The notes: generated by a model not told the origin, from the sequence alone. A stretch of DNA of 63,852 bases, filler included, from Octopus bimaculoides (GCF_001194135.2; 6 parts of 6 records of this genome joined end to end with filler, not necessarily neighbours in it), one strand, 5' to 3'; shown: positions 51,758 to 63,852, numbered from the whole stretch's first letter. A program made the numbers and translations.

Positions 51758-54065
51758 AGCAACAACAACACCTATCACAAAGAACAATACGACGCATTAG
51801 TTCCGCCATATTGCCAGATTTTTCACCTCACTTTATTTATATTTAAATCCAAGTCTCTACAGGTTTAACGAATCACATCTTCTTTTTTTGTCTCTCTTTT
51901 TATATATTTGTTCGTCTTCTTTTCTGCCTCTCTGTCTCTCATTTTGTCTCTCTTTCTCACTATCTCCTTATGTCCCTCTCTTTCTCTCTCCAGTTTTTTT
52001 TCTCTCTCTCTCTCTCTATGGTATAACTGTCTTTCTATCTTTGGTTTATTTATTTTTGCTTTTCATTTATTTTAAAACTTAAACCATGAAAGGAATAGAA
52101 AACAGGAAAAAAAAAATTATAAAAAGAAGTGTGAACTTACGGATTTATTTAACTGCTTGGAAACTGTATACGCCCATACACAAACACACACACGAATACA
52201 CACACAAACGCATGCACACACACATATTTGTGTTTGTATGTACATTGTATAATGGTTAAATATGTGTTTGACAGTACACCTCTCAAATCATTTAAAAACA
52301 TCGTAGTTTTATTTTCACGGCAAGTTATCAATAAAAATTTAGAAAACAGAAAGCAAAACTAATTATTTCTCTGACAACAATATCTATGTGAAGGAGACAG
52401 AAAAGAATAGAAAAATGTAGAAGATATTAAAGAGAGAAATATGTATATATATTACCTTAAGCCGGGACATAATGTTGGATCTCGATATGCTGGTGTACAT
52501 CGCATCAGTCAGGAACGTATAAGATCAAGTTTTAATAATGCAGGCATGTGTGTCTTATTATTTTGTGTGCTTATATTATCGATGTGCAGAAAAAAAAACA
52601 GGTAGGGAGTTTTCTGACAGACCGTTTGATGTAACCGGTTTCCTTACTCAATCAATGACAGAGATCGGCTATTTATAAAGCAGTCTTGAAGTAGGATACG
52701 AACCTGATGGATAGTTAAATGTATATACTTATCCTATTTACGGACAGATTGTAAGAGGAAGGAAGCTAGCTACATCTGAAAAACGGTCAACCCTTGAAAC
52801 GGCTCGCTATGGGCTTCCTCCCAAATTTTTCCACATATTAGTAGTACAAGAAGAACCTGTTTCCATGTTGTTCTTATTTAATCCGTAATAAGCCTTTATA
52901 ATATTTAATTTATTTTCAGTTCTTTTGAGTTACGCCGTGTTGAACATAAATAGTGATTAATTAATGAATTGATAAAAATACAAATATGTACCACGGTGCC
53001 AATTTAATTCTTACCTGCTTTACAAGTGGTTCATCTATGCTGTTGAAATGAGGTAAATTTTCTCTGAGGAGCGGTTGACAAATCGTGAAACGGTGCGTCA
53101 AGGGACACCTCTCAACTGACTTTTTGTTTCTGCACACCAGTCGTATTGAAAAAATGCTTTTACATTTTCATTTATATTTAATACACAATGAAGCTTGTAG
53201 TTATATTTCTTTCATTTCTTCTGAATTACACCGTGTTGCGCATCAATAAATAATTAAGCACGAACCTTCAAAGGCACAATCATACCATTTAAGCTATCCA
53301 TTAGGGTGTTACCTTAAGTCATAACTGCTTTATAAGTAACTGATCTATGCTGTTATTTCGTTTGCTGATTTCTATAGTGGAATAATGATTCCAGTTGAAC
53401 TTAGCATGTGCGAGAATATGTTCGTCACTGAGGCGGGCAAATAAAGTCAAAACACCGGTGTCTTACACTCTCCCGACGTCAGTCTAAGAGAGCTCTGTGT
53501 TTGTAAGACGCACATCCTCTTTAAAGAAGTTTCTTCTGGACGAAATATTACAACTGGCACTGTTCTATATCTGTATATACATTATGTTGTACATACCAGT
53601 ATTTTTTTTTAATAAATTGTTCTTTCAAATATGCTCACACAGACTCACGTAACAAATGTTGATCTGAGGGTCTGGTTTCTATGTCTATAGCCGTCATCAC
53701 GTCAAGCTTAATCTCACAACTCTGCCAATACATCATTACTTACATCAGAATAAGGCATTGTAATTAACTTACATGTGCGTAAGTTAATTTGCATAATTTA
53801 TGATAGTTGGGCAGGTGTTTTGAAAAACTGTTAAAAGCAAACACATTAGAGAAAACTAAAACTAATTCAGTGTACAGTAATTACGTATGTAGCTGTATAA
53901 TATATTTATGTAACACTTCTAATTGGTTGCAAAACAAGAAAGAGAATCTTTAAGTCACTAGTTTCAGCGAAAATAAATTATATTAGCAGACACATGAAAC
54001 GCGCACGTATGGATACTTCGATACATAGATGCATCGATACATACCTACATACAAATCTATATGCA

Positions 54066-54168
<103 letters not shown>

Positions 54169-54175
54169 TAATGTA

Positions 54176-54399
54176 CAGGGTGTCCATAAATTATCTTTGT
54201 AATTCCAAAAAAAAAAAAAAAATCAGTAAAGAAAATGTAAAATAGGGTAAACTAATAAAGTTTTATAAGAAACATGAGAACACTTCCAAGACGGCTCCAT
54301 CGGTAGCACGCAGCACATGCGACTCTGCTCAATATCTAACAACTTAAATAAATACAATATATTGTGTTAAAGTCGTAAAGATAATTTATGAACACCCTG
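54176..54399. mobile_element. Tc1-type MITE, 224 bp
   Basis: TA TSDs; TIRs cagggtgtccataaattatcttt / aaagataatttatgaacaccctg (22/23 match). Confidence 0.93.
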
Positions 54400-55290
54400 T
54401 ACACACGCACACATACACACACAAACACACAAACACACACACACACACATGTCAGTTCTTTTTGGAAATACAGATGAAGTCTGCTTAGTATTCTTAACGA
54501 TTAAAGGGGATTTGAATTCTATTTCTAGCATATCGAGAGACCACATAGAAGCTTCTTTCTTGGAACAGTGTTATTTTCTTTTCATGATGTTTTTTCATTG
54601 TTGTCGTCGTTGTTGCTGTTGTGTTTATCTTTCTTAGTTACTATTGTTCCGGATGGTGTCGCTGTTGTCGCTCATGCAGTCGGTGCTTTTTCTTGCCTGT
54701 ACTTTTAACCAGAATATCAAATAAACCAGAATATCAAATAAACCAAACTGGATATGCCTCTGTTGCGGATGTTACTTACATTAGTATATTAATTATATGC
54801 TTGCCTTGCTCAGCTTGCACACTCACATATATACACACAGCACATGTATATATATATATATACTATACACACATACACGCGCAATGACTTCGTTTATATG
54901 CATTAAGATGACTTTGTGCGCGTGCTTCAGCTTATATGCACATGAAAACGCTCTTCAGACACACACATTACGTCCTAATATCTGTACATACATACACGCA
55001 TACATACACGTACACACACACGTATGTATTTATTCATGTATGTGTCTCTTGATATATGCATACAGTAATGCATATATATTAATGCGTATTCATATATGTA
55101 AATGTATGTATGTATATATCTACATACATACATACATACACACACACACATATATATATATACATGCATATATGTATTTATATTTGTATCTATGTATATA
55201 CATTTAAATATGTATGTGTGTAGCCATATATATAGATATATTTATGTATATATATATATGCGTCTGTATATGTGTGCACATACATATATG

Positions 55291-55358
<68 letters not shown>

Positions 55359-55499
55359 NNNNNNNNNNNNNNNNNNNNNNNNNNNNNNNNNNNNNNNNNN
55401 NNTTAATTAATTAANNNNNNNNNNNNNNNNNNNNNNNNNNNNNNNNNNNNNNNNNNNNTTTTTTTTTTTTTTACTGTCGGGTGACTCTTGGTCAACCCT

Positions 55500-55710
55500 G
55501 TATGTATATATATGTGTGTGTGTGTCATGTGTGCCCTCGCTTAACAAGCGGTGTTTGTGTGTTTACGTTTCCGTAACTTAACGATTCGGCAAAGGAGATC
55601 GAAAGAGAAAATGCCAGGCTTTAAAAAAAAAATGAGTACTGGGGTCGATTCGTTCGACAAAAATTCTCCAAGGCCGCAGGCTAATGGCTGAAACAAATAA
55701 AGGATAAAAG
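55500..55710 (+). mobile_element. SINE family A 3' part, degenerate
   Basis: gtgtgtttacgtttccgtaacttaacgattcggcaaagg..gagtactggggtcgattcgttcgac. Confidence 0.7.
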
Positions 55711-55871
55711 ATAAATACCTTTCAGTGTATGCAGAAAACGAATATATCAGAATCTAATATGAAGAAGAAGAAACAAAAAATTGGGGTGCGCTCGTACACA
55801 TAATGCTAATACGCAACACATACATCTACAAATTGAAAATAGAACTTTCGGAGAAAAATTGCGATATGACA

Positions 55872-55945
55872 ATTATTTAATAGGAAAAAGAAAATTGGTA
55901 TGTAAGCGTACGAATCTACCAATTTTCTTTTTTCCTATTAAATAA
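55872..55945. repeat. Perfect 29-bp inverted repeat with 16-nt loop, inside a larger unclassified repeat (~55770-56300)
   Basis: attatttaataggaaaaagaaaattggta / taccaattttctttttcctattaaataat. Confidence 0.9.
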
Positions 55946-58569
55946 TCGTAATCTATACAATTTGAAAGGAATTTGGAGAAAATTACATAAGGAATAGCCA
56001 TTTTTCTGAAAGATATGAGAAAACAAGGATGACTCGTGTGAATTTTCCGAAACTTTTCACCCCACACTCGGAAAAACAAAAACTTTTCACCACAAATTCC
56101 GAAATAATTGGTATCTACACTATCCGAAGCGTATTTGTAGAAAATTTCATTAGAAATGTCAATTTTTCTGGAAGTTACGAGGAAACAAACTCGGGTGGAT
56201 GGGTGGGTGGGTGTCACAATGATGTAGGCATTCCTATTTGAAAAGAAAAAAGACGTATTATTACGTTGGGAAATTTTTTGGTCATAGGTGTGCTCGGTAA
56301 GAGTTCACATGAGTCTAAACAATATTCGAAACTATTGTTTATAGAGGTACTGCTTCATAACTTTTATTGCTATTACTGTTGAACCGTGACCAATATTGAT
56401 CGGGTAGCATCACATGTCGTTCACGGTTTAAGAAAACAAAAAGTAAATAGACCGAAGTAACGAAAATGAAATCCGTTTTAATTTCGTTTTACAATTTACA
56501 GTGAATTGACGAGAACAATACCACAGCTTCTAGTCGGTTCTTTTGGTACAACGCAGTAGTTGTGACGGATTATTGTATTGCACATTTGCAAGCCACAAAA
56601 TTGCCTGCTCAGTGGTATTCGTTGCTTGGTATAGTACGCTGGAACGGTATATTTGAGCTAGTATTTCTGAAATATTTAAGATATCACTAGAAGGTACTAC
56701 ACAAGTAGGTACCCGTCGGTACGGCATAATGGAGTTCTGTTAATGAAATTAAGGGAGTCAATGCCTTCGCTTCCAAGCAATTTACTTTCATTTTATTTTT
56801 TATTCCTTAACTGCACGTTAACCTGATCAGGGGTGGCGCAATTGTAACCACCTTCATTATTATTACTCAACACCGGCCGGGAAATCCCATGATCATATAT
56901 TCAGGGTCTGCAATATCCATTGTATCCTTCCCTTTTTAAAACAGTATGGTGTGTGTTTTTTCGAGGAAACATTTGGCTGCTATTTCTAGCAAACTAGGCA
57001 GCTACATACTGTATTTTAACGTATATAAGGACGCCCCTAATTTTGGGGGGCTTAAAATTTGAAAAAAAAAGGTTTTGTGAAGGATTATAATACTATCAAT
57101 GTATAAGAAACTCCCATATTTTTTACCTAATTTTTAACAAAAAAAAGGGTTCCTTATAGATGTTAAAATACGGTAGCTCCTTGCTCCTTTCACGTTGGCT
57201 CGCTACTACTGTATTGTTAATGCCTACCTTCTCATTCTCGAGAGGGAAGTTAGAAGTATACATTGAGTTGATTATATTTGTAGGGATTCGGAGACAGTGA
57301 ACATGTATAGAACATATAGAGAGCAGTTGTTGTTTAGCCCTAATTCAAACCTTAATCAAATAAACCTATCATCAAACATATTTCAGCTGTGACCGTTGTT
57401 TCTTCTTTTTAAAGTATAGTGTATCCAAAACCGCAGCAGCCAATGTAACCTAGGGTGTGATTTGAAGGCGATTTAGCAGCTATTTCTAGCGGTTTGAGCG
57501 AACACAAATAGGCTTATACTTCACTCGATATATCATTGTTGTTGAACCACAGGTTAACAGATTGTGCAGACCGATGATTAAAGGCGAATTGATAAGATGA
57601 TACATAAGTTCTAGAACACGCCTGGGCAGAGGTTGAGTGTCTTGCATTAAAAATACCAGGTTCTTCGTTTCTTTTTGCTAACGAAAGCAAAGCAGGTAAG
57701 TAGGTAGGTCCCCTCTACAGTCTATAAAAGATTAGTGAAAATTAGGATCGACAGACGAGCAGTACTCCTTGAATCTGCTGACCAGTGACCAGCAAGCTGT
57801 ATTATGCCGAGCAGCAAATATCGTAAGATTTAACTGACGAATCGTGCTGTCGGTCTGATAGTTTATATAAGATTATCTGTAGATTACAGTTATCTCTATG
57901 TACACCAGCTGCAAGAAACCTTTGTTACACTCCACTCCTTTCCTACATGTGCAAAGCCGCGCGTATATACACACTAACGCACTTATACACAAAGATGCAC
58001 GCGCACACACGCACACCTCTTACGCTTTCTCTTCCACATGAACATATATAAATTACTGTGTTATTTCCGTCTGTACGAGTTAGGTAACTACTTGAATGGG
58101 CTCAGATGAACTTAGCCATTCCATAAATAGAGGACGATTTAAATGAAGGAGAGATAAAGTACTGAGGTCGGTATAGTTCATTAAAAACCTCGAAGAAGCG
58201 CCCAGTGTGACTCAAAGCAGTGAAAAGAAATAAAAGGATAGACTCTATTATTTAGACGGAAAGATAGATGGAAGAGAAGATATAGTGAGCGAGAAATATT
58301 TGCAAGCGCAGGACAGCCATGGAACAATGGTATTGTTTACAAAATACTAGGCTGTGCCAATACTTAATGTAATTAACAATTCAGTCGCTTAACTCGGACA
58401 ACGTTATCTCTCACTCACACACACACTCTCTCTCTCTCACTCACTCTCTCTCTCTCTCTCTCTCTCTCTNNNNNNNNNNNNNNNNNNNNNNNNNNNNNNN
58501 NNNNNNNNNNNNNTTAATTAATTAANNNNNNNNNNNNNNNNNNNNNNNNNNNNNNNNNNNNNNNNNNNN

Positions 58570-58608
<39 letters not shown>

Positions 58609-58712
58609 TGCATACATATAAACGGATACATGCAGACATAATACATGCATACATAATACATGCAACATATTCAGCCAGTGAAGCATTCAGTACTTGAATA
58701 AATCGTTAGTAA

Positions 58713-59063
58713 ACTTCCGGTGGTGCAGTGGAGTATCTCATACTCAAAGTGATGTTTGGATATGTATATTTTACTTCTGGCAGCAGTGATAGTGCTAGCC
58801 ATCCATGTAATTTCTTGGCACACCCCACTGACTTAATGCACAACTCCGTTCAGTTACTTGCTGAGTGATGAGAAGTAAACACACGTGTTATTTGTGTCTG
58901 GGGTTGTGCATACCCCGCCATACCATCACTGCACTATTTATTGACAGGTACATTATTTTTGTTTCCTTTTCTTTATTATTGTTTATTTTATTTATTTATT
59001 TTTATAACTGAAAGGCTGATTATTTCTCGCATAAAATTATATATTATTGTCAACTGACCAACA

Positions 59064-59110
<47 letters not shown>

Positions 59111-61256
59111 AAATGGTTCTGAATGCCATAAAAGTGAGAAATCTTCTTTCCTTTCAGATTCACAATGGGCTGCGAAAGACAAATGAAAAAATTGAGGGGG
59201 GATGATTGAGAGAGAATAAGACGTAGAAGAATCAGGATCATTTCTTGATTAAGAACCAGATGAAGGGGAATCTGAAGAGGAAAAAGAGAGTACAGCTGAG
59301 GAAGGAACAACAGATGAAGAAGAAAGGACAGATGAAGTGGGAGGAACTGAAGCAGATAGCATGTTGCAGACTTCACCAGATGATCCTTTAGAAGAAACAG
59401 ATAAAGCTAATGATAAAGATGAACAACAGGCTAACAAGAGCACAGAAAAAGGGTTTATAGGCAAAAATGATAAAACTCTCTGAAAGAAGTCTCCCCATGT
59501 CTTTCACGTGGTACACGCTCACACAATATATACCAGGATTCACCAGGACCAAGAGGAACAGCAGCAAAACACGTGTATGCTGCAAAGGATTATTGGTCTT
59601 TGTTTCTCACACAAGAACTTCTGAATGAATTAATAGCTTGCACTAATATCTACATTGACAGTAAACAAGGAAAATATAAAGATAAGTCAAAAGAAAGACA
59701 TATTAATAAAAGGGAGATGAAAGCTGCAATAGGACTGTTTTTCTGTTAGGAGTTTTTAGAGCTAACCGAATGAATATGGAAGATGTTTGGGCAACCGATG
59801 CTACAGGAATTGAAATTTTTCCGGCAACTATATCTTTGCAGCGATTTCGTTTCCTGCTGAGGTCTATGAGGTTTGATGACATCCACACCCGGGCTGAAAG
59901 GAGGCTAGAAGATAAGTTGGCACCTTTAAGAAAGTTCTTTGAGAAATTTTTATCTTCAGTTATAATGTCTCAGAGTATGCGACAGTAGATGAAATGTTGA
60001 CTGCCTTTAGAGAGAACTGTCTGTTCAGAGTCTACGTGTCAAGTAAACTAGCAAACTTTCCATAAAAATATTTATTTTGGCAGATGCTAAAACTTTCTAT
60101 GTGTCACGTATGGAGGTCTACTTGGGGAAACAACCAGTAGGCCCTTCTATAGTAGATAATTCTGGTCTGGAAGAAATATTACAATGGATAATTGGTTTAC
60201 AAGTTACGGAGTTGCAGTTGCTTTCTTGACGAATTATAGTTTAACGTTAGTTGGCACTCCGAGAAAGAATAAGATAGAACCTGCCCCTCAGTTTGTTGTC
60301 ACAAGAAGCAGAACTGAGTACACAAGTTTGTTTGGTCTCCAGAAGGATGTTACACTAACCTCATATGTTTCTAAGAAAGGTAAAAACGTTGTCCTACTGA
60401 GCACAATGCATCATGATGCTGCAACTGATGAAAGTACAAAAGAAAAAAGAAAACCAGAGATTATTACCTTCTACAGACACCGTTGACCAGTTGTGTTCCA
60501 TCTACAATGTTTCCAGAAATACTCGACGTTGGTCAGTTACAGATTTCTACACCATACTCAATGATGACCCCATATGCTTGCTGGCTTCCGGTATGCGGAG
60601 TTCTCGACTGGTAGCACTTGCATGTGCGAGTTGTTTGCAAGACATTCATGGCAAATTTTCAAACAGCTATCAGGCGCCGAAAGTTTCTGAGGGAATTGGG
60701 ACTCAAGTTGGTGGAGGACCATATCCATCATCGCAAGACAAAGCCATATTTCAGAAATGACTTGAAAAGGAAGATTCAACATTTCTCAGCATCTAAGGAA
60801 TTACCTCCAAAACGTCATCGTGAAGATTCCATACAAAGATGCTCATTGTACCCCAGGGTAAAATATCGTAAGACAAGAAATTGCTGCCAGAAGTGCTATA
60901 AACCCATTTGCTTGAAACATGCAATGCAAATTTGCATTGACTGCTTTGCTCAGAGTGATGAGGATGATAATACAAACAATGAGTAAACAGTAAATATGAA
61001 AGGAGCACTCTCCCCACCAAAAAAATAGTCTTATTTTGCTTGACCTTCATTTTCAAAAAGTACTCGTTTGTTTCTGTTTGCATGTTAAATAAATACATTA
61101 TATCAGAATATGTTGTTTTGTTTTTTTTTGTAATATTATAGCTTAAGAACACATATAAAGTAATAAAAAGTACTAAAACTAGCTAAAACTATTAGTGGAG
61201 TTCTCTATAGCCCATTGCACTAACCATGAAAAATACAGAACCGCACCACCGGAGGG
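58713..61256 (+). mobile_element. piggyBac DNA transposon, full length (~2.54 kb), decayed
   Basis: TIRs acttccggtggtgcagt / accgcaccaccggaggg (14/17 match); TTAA at 61257-61260 and GTAA at 58709-58712. Transposase pieces: ISLQRFRFLLRSMRFDD, VDEML.AFR, MDNWFTS, LVGTPRKNK, VVLLSTMHHD, KPEIITFY, Cys-rich C-terminus CQKCYKPICLKH..IC.DC. Confidence 0.92.
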
Positions 61257-61335
61257 TTAAGAACAAGACTTGAAGTCCCAGTTAATGCAGTTAGAGCATG
61301 CGTGGGCTAAGATTACGCGCCCTCCATTGTCAGTT

Positions 61336-61515
61336 AAAGTTTAGACAGTGTCACGTGACAACTTGCTGGGGCTACTTGCTGGAGCCTAGCAGCGGGAAAT
61401 TTAAACAGTGTCATGTGACAACTTGCTGGGGCTGCCTACTGGACCCTAGCAGCGGGAAATTTAGACAGTGTCACGTGACAACTTGCTGGGGCAGCCTGCT
61501 GGAGGCTAGCAGCAG
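61336..61515 (+). repeat. Three exact-period 60-bp tandem repeats carrying a palindromic TGTCA(C/T)GTGACA motif
   Basis: Lines 61321, 61381 and 61441 align column for column. Confidence 0.95.
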
Positions 61516-61516
61516 G

Positions 61517-61524
61517 TATAAAAA
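61517..61524 (+). promoter_or_regulatory. TATA-box-like element of an LTR/pseudo-LTR-like module
   Basis: TATAAAAA directly after three E-box-containing repeats. Confidence 0.4.
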
Positions 61525-62084
61525 GGGGAATTTGACATGACAATCAGTTGGACGCTGCATCGAAGAGGCCAGGGAATAGAAGAAAGAAGACATGCACCCA
61601 ACACCAGAGCTGAAGANNNNNNNNNNNNNNNNNNNNNNNNNNNNNNNNNNNNNNNNNNNNNNNNNNNNNNNNNNNNNNNNNNNNNNNNNNNNNNNNNNNN
61701 NNNNNNNNNNNNNNNNNNNNNNNNNNNNNNNNNNNNNNNNNNNNNNNNNNNNNNNNNNNNNNNNNNNNNNNAACAACGCGGGTTGATGAACCGTAAGACG
61801 TGTGGTCAGAACCTCCTGGAAAATAACCATAGCGAGGGACATTCCACAGTTGAATTAGAAAACAGTCGCAAACAGTAAAAGAAGACATGCACCCAACACC
61901 AGAGCTGAAGACACCTCCGAAAGGAGGGGCCCCGCCACGTCAAAATGGTAGAGGAGTAGGGGCCGAAACCAGACGTGGTTCCTCCTGATGATGTCTTGAG
62001 CTAACTGGATCCTATAAAGGAGCTGTTGTGGTAGCAGACCACGAAACATGGTTGAAATTCCTTCCTACTCTAGGTACAAGGCTC

Positions 62085-62210
62085 GCAACTCGTACCTAAT
62101 TTATCGCCCCCGAACGGACGAAAGGCGAAGTCGACCTCGGCGGAAATTGAACTCAGAACGCAAAGACAGACGAAATACAGCTAAGCATTTCGCTCGGCTT
62201 CCAGTTAACG
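62085..62210 (-). mobile_element. SINE family B
   Basis: gaaaggcgaagtcgacctcggcggaaattgaactcagaacg..gacgaaatacagctaagcatttcgctcgg. Confidence 0.85.
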
Positions 62211-62310
62211 CAATATTATCAATAAATTTTATTCTAGTAAGCGTGCAGAGTCCCATCATGTTTTATTTTTGTTGATAATGAGCAACAACAGTAAATAAAG
62301 CATTTGTGTA

Positions 62311-62343
<33 letters not shown>

Positions 62344-62604
62344 ACATGTTATAACACATGTGCGCCTGTATGTATTCATATACACAGAAGCATATGCGTA
62401 TATGTATATACACATAAATACCTCTCTGTATGTGTATGTATGTGTGCATGCACGTATGTTAGTGTCTGTGTGTGTGTGTGTGTGCGCGTTCGTGTGTCTG
62501 TGTATGTGTGTGTATCAAGAGAGAGACATATACCTATAAATAAACATACATACATACATACATACATACATGTGTGTATGTGGATAGACACATAGCTAAC
62601 CAGC

Positions 62605-62755
<151 letters not shown>

Positions 62756-63129
62756 AGAGGCTGGCAGGCAGACATACAGATAGACAGGTAGACAGACGGA
62801 CGAACAAATGAGCGGACGGAAGAAGGGACTGAATGACATACAGACAGACATGCTCTCTTCGGGATAAATAGAGTCGGTGGGAGTCTAATTCTCTTCTAAC
62901 CCGATATTTATTGTCGGGATTGATTCCATTAACCTTCGTCTATTCGCAAGTACTCACAGTCGGTGAGTGTTTATACTCAGAGTTTTCACTTTCATGCTGC
63001 TTTCCAAAGCCACTCGTCCAGCTACGCCACCGATGCAGCTGTCGACATAGTAGTGCCCTCTCCTCGAGACATCTTTAACAAAACCTAAAAGTTGTCTCAC
63101 CCCCCGGGGATGTTACAGCACGCCAGATA

Positions 63130-63190
63130 CTGTTGTGGCGAGAGTCATTCTCCAATCCGCCAGAGGTGTCAATGACTCTCGCCACAACAG
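63130..63190. repeat. Perfect 20-bp inverted repeat with 21-nt loop
   Basis: ctgttgtggcgagagtcatt / aatgactctcgccacaacag. Confidence 0.9.
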
Positions 63191-63209
63191 ATACTAACCC
63201 GAATATTCT

Positions 63210-63405
63210 AAGTTCTCACGCAATTGCTAGACAGTAGTTGGCCCAAAGTTGAGGTCATCCGTCCTTCGACAGATGTCGCTTTACATCCTGCTGGGTTTCT
63301 AGCAATGCACGTCATCAGAAAAGCCTGGTGGTAGCGGAGTCGGTTTAGTCGCCAATCGGCCATGCAACAGGTTGTTAGACGAGATGTTACCAGTAACACT
63401 TACAC
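63210..63405 (-). repeat. Second copy of the 3735-3880 repeat, with an extra ~45-nt segment
   Basis: Same shared blocks as listed for 3735-3880. Confidence 0.65.
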
Positions 63406-63644
63406 TTGACCTGATATAGCAGTATATTTAGCATTGTATTATCTAACGCTTTCAGAGAGTAAGTTATAATGGTAGTGGTCTATCTGCTATTTCTGCTCAG
63501 TAGAACGAATCACTCAGAAATCATTCGTTGCTGTTGTTATTGCTGTCGTTATTATTCAGTTCTACATTTAAGAGATTAGGAATTATGTACATTATTTACA
63601 TTATTTACAATTGACGGATATTTGTCCTCATCTTGTTTGTTGTT

Positions 63645-63690
63645 AACACAACGTTTCGGTTGATATACCCTCCAGCTTTCATCAAGTGTC
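63645..63690 (-). ncRNA. Degenerate minimal type-I hammerhead ribozyme in a Penelope-like repeat (~63590-63760)
   Basis: GACAC-UUGAUGA-A-AGCUG-GAGGGUAUAU-CAACC-GAAA-CG-UU|GUGUU; 5-bp stem I, palindromic AACGUU stem III. Three transitions would restore CUGAUGA and a GGCUG/CAGCC stem II. Confidence 0.55.
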
Positions 63691-63747
63691 TTGGGGAAAT
63701 TTCGAACCTGAGTTCTCATTCCTAAGGTATTTTTCGATGTTATTATT

Positions 63748-63800
<53 letters not shown>

Positions 63801-63852
63801 CATTATTATTATTATTATTATTCAGTTCACTGCCTGGAATCGAACTCGGAAT

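Larger units (their letters stand above)
61300..62060 (+). mobile_element. Probable Penelope-like pseudo-LTR (or LTR) fragment with partial tandem duplication
   Basis: E-box repeats plus TATA; a 34-bp block is duplicated at 61583-61616 and 61878-61911; two hammerhead-like cores (61905, 61985). Confidence 0.5.

Noticed and set aside
53015-53570. Minus-strand exon candidates (53015-53129, 53311-53430, 53468-53573)
   Set aside because: They overlap the locally duplicated blocks, one contains a stop, one implied intron is only ~37 nt, and there is no homology.
57610-57701. Strong AAGCAG|GTAAGT donor with an open frame upstream
   Set aside because: Weak acceptor, isolated, no recognisable peptide.

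Overview
Eukaryotic, AT-rich, repeat-dominated genomic DNA with several kb of N gaps. The SINE, LINE and microsatellite content looks like an octopus (coleoid cephalopod) draft assembly; this is an inference. I could not confidently identify any host gene. The only candidate is a weak chain of phase-compatible exons on the + strand at 33.2-37.5 kb. The window holds decayed mobile DNA: mariner, Tc1, maT-like, Tigger and piggyBac transposons, hAT and Tc1/mariner MITEs, a Helitron helicase remnant, three RTE LINE copies, eight R4/Dong-type LINE fragments mostly abutting (TAA)n or (CAA)n, several tRNA-derived SINE families, and a ~128-bp tandem array present in both orientations at 46.6-50.1 kb. 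The most notable unexplained signal is a set of self-cleaving-ribozyme-like motifs in several different repeat families. These are minimal type-I hammerhead-like folds (43.4 kb, 63.65 kb, 25.6 and 33.6 kb, 61.9-62.05 kb, 63.3 kb), several with non-canonical cores, and one HDV-like double-pseudoknot topology at 3.75-3.80 kb. All were folded by eye and none has been tested.
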